64,000 bases of DNA from Telmatospirillum sp. Its GTDB lineage: Bacteria; Pseudomonadota; Alphaproteobacteria; CACIAM-22H2. Shown piece after piece: positions 59,487 through 64,000 of the stretch. The stretch spans positions 132,227 to 196,226 of the forward strand of contig JADCGL010000020.1 of the NCBI GenBank assembly GCA_020248985.1, written 5' to 3'. Below the pieces are notes generated by a model that made no database searches, had not been told where the DNA came from, and was given only the letters and a program-made list of their open reading frames with translations. How positions within the stretch are numbered: the stretch's first letter is position 1; each line of letters starts with the position of its first letter. The translations under genes were made by a program, and so were the position numbers.

Positions 59487-60022
59487 ACCAGCCTGTGCGC
59501 ATCCTGGCGGCGGCGGCTGCGGCTCTGTTGGCTGCTGCCTGTTCGGGCGAGCAGCAACTATCCGTCGTGTGCCCGCGCCCGGGCATTTTGCCCGACGCCA
59601 ACACCATCGTCGTGTTCCGCGACGGGGGCGGGCGCGACATCACCGACGTGCTGGTTCAGTCGCAGATTGTCGATGTGCGCGTCGATTGCACCTATGCCAA
59701 GCGCAGCGCGCGCCCGTCGGTCACGCTCGAACTGCAGATCGCGATCGCGGCCGAGCGCGGGCCTGCCGACCGCACGCGGCGTGCCGCCGTCCCCTATTTC
59801 GTCGCGATCGTCGATGTGGACCGAAACGTCATCGCCAAAGAGACGTTTACCGCCGCCTTCGAGTGGACGGACAATCGCCCGCGCGTCGGCCGCGTCGATA
59901 TCTGGGAGCCCTATATTCCGCTTGTGCGCAATATGGACGGGCCATCCTACCAGGTGATGGTCGGATTCCAGCTCACGGCCGAACAATTGGAATGGAATCG
60001 CAGTCAGCGCCCGTCGCGCTAG
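59483..60022 (+). CDS. hypothetical lipoprotein
   Basis: GTG start overlapping the CDGSH stop (GTGA). [22 protein letters not shown] lipobox. Confidence 0.55.
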   Translation: MNQPVRILAAAAAALLAAACSGEQQLSVVCPRPGILPDANTIVVFRDGGGRDITDVLVQSQIVDVRVDCTYAKRSARPSVTLELQIAIAAERGPADRTRRAAVPYFVAIVDVDRNVIAKETFTAAFEWTDNRPRVGRVDIWEPYIPLVRNMDGPSYQVMVGFQLTAEQLEWNRSQRPSR

Positions 60023-60139
60023 GATTTATCCCCAGCTTTCGGACCCGCCAATTGCGGGTTTGTGCGATCCGCCTTGACCCGGCGGATACGCAAGCTATGG
60101 TGTTTCCCGCGTTGCGCGGACTGCCATATCCGCGAAACG

Positions 60140-60345
60140 CCTCCCACGCGGGAGAGAGCCCCGACTGGCCATCGTCGGGGACGCCGAAGGAGCAACCGCC
60201 CCGGAAACTCTCAGGCAAACGGACCGCGTGACGAGACGTAACTCTGGAAAGCGAGCGGCACCGTTGCGTGTCGCTCCACCGAAGAGGTAAGTCCGCCGGA
60301 TATCGCGGACGATTCTTTCAGGTTCAAGGACAGAGGGGGCATGTG
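60140..60345 (+). promoter_or_regulatory. glycine riboswitch, tandem aptamers, upstream of gcvT
   Basis: Aptamer 1: GGGAGAG...CGCCGAAGGAGCAA...CTCAGGCAAACGGAC. Aptamer 2: CTCTGGAAAG...CACCGAAGAGGTAAG...TCAGGTTCAAGGACAG. Both match the GGAGAG / CCGAAGGRGCAA / CTCAGGCAAAAGGAC cores. Confidence 0.85.
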
Positions 60346-60415
60346 CTGGCGGAATAGACCGCCCCAGCGCATGCGTTGTCCCGTCCTTGGCAGAGTATGC
60401 GTGGGAGTCCATCGC

Positions 60416-61537
60416 GTGGCCCAATCCGAATCCTCGGCCCAAACGCTGCAGAAGACGCCGCTGCATGCGCTGCATGTGGCGCTTGGCGCCAAGATGGTGG
60501 AATTCGGCGGCTACGACATGCCGGTCCAGTATCCGGCCGGCATCATGGCCGAGCATCTGCACACGCGCACGCAAGCGGGCTTGTTCGACGTCTCGCATAT
60601 GGGCCAGGTCACGCTGCACGGGCCCGATGCGGTCGCAGCGCTTGAGACGCTGGTGCCGGGAGATCTGGCGATCCTCAAAGAAGGGGCCATCCGCTATTCG
60701 ATGTTCACCGACGAAGCGGGCGGCATCCTCGACGATTTGATGATCACGCAGCGCGGCACGAGCTTGTTTCTGGTCGTCAATGCCGGCTGCAAGCTCGCCG
60801 ACATCGCGCATATGCAGGCGAAAATCGGCAGCCGCACGAAGGTCGAGTATCACGAAGACCGCGCCTTGCTGGCCCTGCAGGGGCCGGCGGCGGCGTCCGT
60901 GATGGCGCGCCTTGCGCCCAACGCCGTGGGCCAGAAGTTCATGACCTTCCGCACCGGCGACATTGCCGGCATCCCGTGCTTCTTCACGCGCTCGGGCTAT
61001 ACGGGCGAGGACGGCTACGAGATTTCCGTGCCGGCCGCCCGGGCTGTCGATCTCGCAAACGCATTGCTGGCCGAGGCGGAAGTGAAGCCGATCGGCCTTG
61101 GCGCGCGCGACTCGTTGCGCCTGGAAGCCGGGCTCTGCCTCTACGGCCACGATATCGATACGACGACATCGCCCATCGAAGCCGATCTGGCGTGGTCGAT
61201 TTCCAAGCGCCGGCGCGCCGAAGGCGGTTTTCCGGGGGCCGCGCGCATCCAACGGGAATTGGCGCAAGGCCCCGCGCGCCGCCGCGTGGGCATCCTGCCC
61301 GACGGGCGTGCTCCTGCGCGCGAGGGGACCGAGATCGTCGATGCGGGCGGTGCGAAAATCGGCACGGTCACGTCGGGCGGATTTGGGCCAAGCATCAATG
61401 CGCCGATTTCGATGGGCTATGTCGCCAGCGCCTTCGCCGCCCCCGGCACGCAAGTCGGGCTCGTCGTGCGCGGCAAGACGATGCCCGCGCGCGTCGCCCC
61501 TATGCCCTTTGCCCCCCATCGCTATTTCCGCGGATAA
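60416..61537 (+). CDS. gcvT: glycine cleavage system aminomethyltransferase T protein
   Basis: GTG start, with GGGAG 8 nt upstream. [30 protein letters not shown] aligns to the E. coli GcvT N-terminus. The tracked ORF from 60341 is an artefact extension into the riboswitch. Confidence 0.9.
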   Translation: MAQSESSAQTLQKTPLHALHVALGAKMVEFGGYDMPVQYPAGIMAEHLHTRTQAGLFDVSHMGQVTLHGPDAVAALETLVPGDLAILKEGAIRYSMFTDEAGGILDDLMITQRGTSLFLVVNAGCKLADIAHMQAKIGSRTKVEYHEDRALLALQGPAAASVMARLAPNAVGQKFMTFRTGDIAGIPCFFTRSGYTGEDGYEISVPAARAVDLANALLAEAEVKPIGLGARDSLRLEAGLCLYGHDIDTTTSPIEADLAWSISKRRRAEGGFPGAARIQRELAQGPARRRVGILPDGRAPAREGTEIVDAGGAKIGTVTSGGFGPSINAPISMGYVASAFAAPGTQVGLVVRGKTMPARVAPMPFAPHRYFRG

Positions 61538-61556
61538 GCCCCCAAGGAGCTGCCCC

Positions 61557-61937
61557 ATGCCCGAGCTGCGTTTCACCAAAGACCACGAATGGATCCGCGT
61601 CGAAGACGGCGACGTCTACGCGATCGGCATTACGGCGTTTGCGCAAGGCCAGCTCGGCGACGTCGTGTTCGTCGAATTGCCGGAGATCGGCAAGAAGGTC
61701 GCAAAAGGCGGCCAAGCGGCGGTCGTGGAATCGGTGAAGGCGGCGTCGGACATTTACGCACCTGTGTCGGGCACGGTCGTGGCGGCCAACGATGCGCTCG
61801 CGGGCGAGCCCGGCCTCGTCAACTCCGATCCGACGGGCGCCGGCTGGTTCTTCAAATTGAAGGCCACAGAAACGGCCGAATTCCAGGATCTGATGGATCA
61901 AGCCGCCTACGACGCGTTTGTCGCGTCGCTGGGCTGA
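61557..61937 (+). CDS. gcvH: glycine cleavage system H protein
   Basis: AAGGAG SD. Lipoyl-lysine motif [18 protein letters not shown]. 126 aa. Confidence 0.92.
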   Translation: MPELRFTKDHEWIRVEDGDVYAIGITAFAQGQLGDVVFVELPEIGKKVAKGGQAAVVESVKAASDIYAPVSGTVVAANDALAGEPGLVNSDPTGAGWFFKLKATETAEFQDLMDQAAYDAFVASLG

Positions 61938-61951
61938 AGGAGCAAGTCGCC

Positions 61952-63310
61952 ATGCGCTATCTGCCGCATACCGCCGAAGACCGCCAAGCGATGCTGGCGA
62001 CGATCGGCCTTGCAAACGACGACGCCTTGTTCGTCGACGTGCCTGCCCATGCGCGGCTCTCCGGGCCGGTCGCGGGCTTGAGCCTCACCAAAAGCGAAAT
62101 CGAGGTCGAGCGCCATCTGCAGGCACTCGCGGCCAAGAATCGCCCGGCCGGGTCGATGGCGAGTTTCTTGGGCTGCGGCGCTTATCGCCATCACGTGCCC
62201 GCTTCGGTCGACTACATCATCCAGCGCGGCGAGTTCTTGACGAGCTACACGCCCTACCAGCCCGAGATCGCGCAGGGCACGCTGCAATATCTGTTCGAGT
62301 TCCAGACCCAGGTCGCGTTGCTCACCGGCATGGAAGTCGCCAACGCGTCGATGTACGACGCGGCCACGGCTTGCGTCGAAGCTGTGATGATGGCCAACCG
62401 CATCACACGGCGCGGCAAGGCGATCCTGTCGGGGGCTTTGCATCCGCATTATCGCGAAACGGTCGAAACGCACGGGCGATTCTCAGGCTTTGCGGTCGAG
62501 GCGTTGGCGCCGTCGCCGGACGGTCTCAAGGGCTTGGCCGAACGCATCGACGCCAAGACGTCGTGCGTCGTCGTGCAGTATCCCAACGTGTTCGGCCGGC
62601 TCGAGGATTTTTCGGCCCTAGCCGCTGCGTGCCAGAAAGCGGGCGCGTTGCTCGTGTGCGCGGTGCCTGAAATCCTGTCGATGGGCGCCGTCACGCCGCC
62701 CGGCGACATGGGGGCCGACATCGTCGTGGCCGAGGGCCAGTCGATTGGCAACCCGCTCAATTTCGGCGGCCCCTATGTGGGACTGTTCGCGGCCAAGGAA
62801 AAATACGTGCGCCAGATGCCGGGCCGTCTGTGCGGCGAAACGGTCGATGCCGACGGCAAGCGCGGCTGGGTGCTGACCCTCTCGACGCGCGAGCAGCATA
62901 TCCGCCGCGAAAAGGCGACGTCGAACATCTGCACCAATTCGGGCCTGTGCGCGCTCGCTTTCACGGTCCATCTGTCGCTGCTGGGCGAGCAGGGGATCAC
63001 GCAGTTGGCGGCGCTCAACCATGCGCATGCGAGCCTGCTTGCCGACAAGCTTGGTGCCGTCAAGGGCGTGGAGCTGCTGACCGACGCGTTTTTCAACGAG
63101 TTCGCGCTGCGCCTGCCGCGCGATGCGGCAAGCGTGGTGGATGCCCTTGTGGCCAAAGGCGTGCTTGCCGGCGTGCCTGGCGGGCGGCTGTGGCCCGGCA
63201 ATGCCGATATGGCCAATCTGTTGGTCGTCGCTGCAACCGAAACCAACACGCAAGCCGAGATGGACCTGTTCGCGTCCGCTCTTGCCGCCGAACTTGGGGG
63301 GGTGCTGTAA
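61952..63310 (+). CDS. gcvPA: glycine dehydrogenase (decarboxylating) subunit 1
   Basis: [20 protein letters not shown]... and [15 protein letters not shown]. About 450 aa, the split P-protein N-terminal half. Confidence 0.9.
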   Translation: MRYLPHTAEDRQAMLATIGLANDDALFVDVPAHARLSGPVAGLSLTKSEIEVERHLQALAAKNRPAGSMASFLGCGAYRHHVPASVDYIIQRGEFLTSYTPYQPEIAQGTLQYLFEFQTQVALLTGMEVANASMYDAATACVEAVMMANRITRRGKAILSGALHPHYRETVETHGRFSGFAVEALAPSPDGLKGLAERIDAKTSCVVVQYPNVFGRLEDFSALAAACQKAGALLVCAVPEILSMGAVTPPGDMGADIVVAEGQSIGNPLNFGGPYVGLFAAKEKYVRQMPGRLCGETVDADGKRGWVLTLSTREQHIRREKATSNICTNSGLCALAFTVHLSLLGEQGITQLAALNHAHASLLADKLGAVKGVELLTDAFFNEFALRLPRDAASVVDALVAKGVLAGVPGGRLWPGNADMANLLVVAATETNTQAEMDLFASALAAELGGVL

Positions 63311-63311
63311 C

Positions 63312-64000
63312 ATGGACAAAAGCCAGGGCCGTCTTGCGGCCGTTCCGGCGGCGAGCGAAACGCTCGCCCCCGCTGCCACGCATTCGGGCCATCGCGGCCT
63401 GATGCTCGAAGAGCCGCTCATTTTCGAACAAGGCGTGCCGGGGCGCATTGGCGTCGATGTGCCCGCCGCACCGGCCGCCAAATCGCGCCTGGGTTCGTTC
63501 AAGCGCAAGGCGCCGATCGGGCTGCCGTGCCTGTCCGAGCCGCAGGTCGTGCGCCACTTCACGCGCCTGTCGCAGAAGAACTACGGCATCGACAGCGGTC
63601 TGTTTGCGCTGGGTTCGTGCACGATGAAGCACAATCCGCGCCTCAACGAAAAAATGGCGCGGCTGCCGGGTTTTGCCGACATCCATCCGCTGCAGCCCGT
63701 GCAGACCGTGCAGGGCGCGCTCGAATTGATTGACGAACTTGCGCGCTGGCTCAAGACGCTGACCGGCATGCCGGCCGTGGCGATGAGCCCGGCGGCAGGT
63801 GCGCATGGCGAGCTTTGCGGCATGGTCGCGATCTGGTCGGCGATCCAGGCCAAGGGCGAAGGGGCCACGCGCACGCGCGTGCTCGTTCCTGAGTCCGCAC
63901 ACGGCACCAATCCCGCAACTGCGGCCCTGCTCGGCTTCACGGTCGATCCGATCCCGGCCGATGCGCGCGGGCGCGTCGATCTCGCCGCGTTCGAAAAGAA
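63312..64000 (+). CDS. gcvPB: glycine dehydrogenase (decarboxylating) subunit 2, 5' part (continues past window end)
   Basis: ATG 2 nt after the gcvPA stop. LGSCTMKHNP and SAHGTNPA. Truncated by the window, so absent from the ORF track. Confidence 0.85.
   Translation, partial: MDKSQGRLAAVPAASETLAPAATHSGHRGLMLEEPLIFEQGVPGRIGVDVPAAPAAKSRLGSFKRKAPIGLPCLSEPQVVRHFTRLSQKNYGIDSGLFALGSCTMKHNPRLNEKMARLPGFADIHPLQPVQTVQGALELIDELARWLKTLTGMPAVAMSPAAGAHGELCGMVAIWSAIQAKGEGATRTRVLVPESAHGTNPATAALLGFTVDPIPADARGRVDLAAFEK

Overview
This is a high-GC (about 66-68% by eye) chromosomal segment that looks alphaproteobacterial. Supporting marks are the ccrM-rnhB pair, a C-x2-C-x7-C Fnr-type regulator, an aa3 cox cluster with a coxF-like micro-ORF and SURF1, a DUF1013 gene, and a split gcvPA/gcvPB; a finer taxon cannot be called from sequence alone. 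The window is densely coding: about 60 CDS, one tRNA-Arg(ACG), and a tandem glycine riboswitch. Many stop/start overlaps (ATGA/GTGA) define operons. I found no IS elements, integrases, CRISPR arrays or rRNA.

Content in order:
- rnpA(partial)-rpmH.
- DedA/TVP38, a disulfide oxidoreductase and DUF547.
- rlmI-like methyltransferase, ggt, an Fnr-type regulator, gpt and a cytoplasmic GGT paralogue.
- A NitT/TauT-type ABC importer with an embedded DeoD/Udp-family nucleoside phosphorylase.
- An AT-rich accessory-looking gap with two small orphan genes.
- An RND efflux pair (adaptor plus pump).
- Two tandem paralogous small proteins translationally coupled to the Lhr-core helicase and the PdeM nuclease, followed directly by photolyase.
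- The conserved cyclopropane-fatty-acid cluster: oxidoreductase, DUF1365, cfa, MFS, DUF3833, NTF2-like and two SDRs.
- ccrM-rnhB, an AT-rich divergent promoter island, DUF1013 and prpE.
- The aa3 oxidase cluster ctaC-ctaD-ctaB-coxF-ctaG-ctaE-SURF1, coupled to an M32 carboxypeptidase.
- thrC with an M16 peptidase, yqgE, dsbD, peroxiredoxin, rnhA, a SIMPL protein, thrB, ispH and a CDGSH protein.
- gcvT-gcvH-gcvPA-gcvPB(partial) behind the glycine riboswitch.

The most unusual items are:
- The uncharacterised paralogue pair fused into the Lhr-core/PdeM repair operon.
- An identical 17-nt motif sitting 6-8 nt upstream of the start codons of two unrelated genes inside AT-rich islands.
- The ABC importer with the nucleoside phosphorylase.

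Many long ORFs in the six-frame track are antisense or frame artefacts of high GC and were rejected. Coordinates of hand-located short motifs may be off by 1-2 nt.
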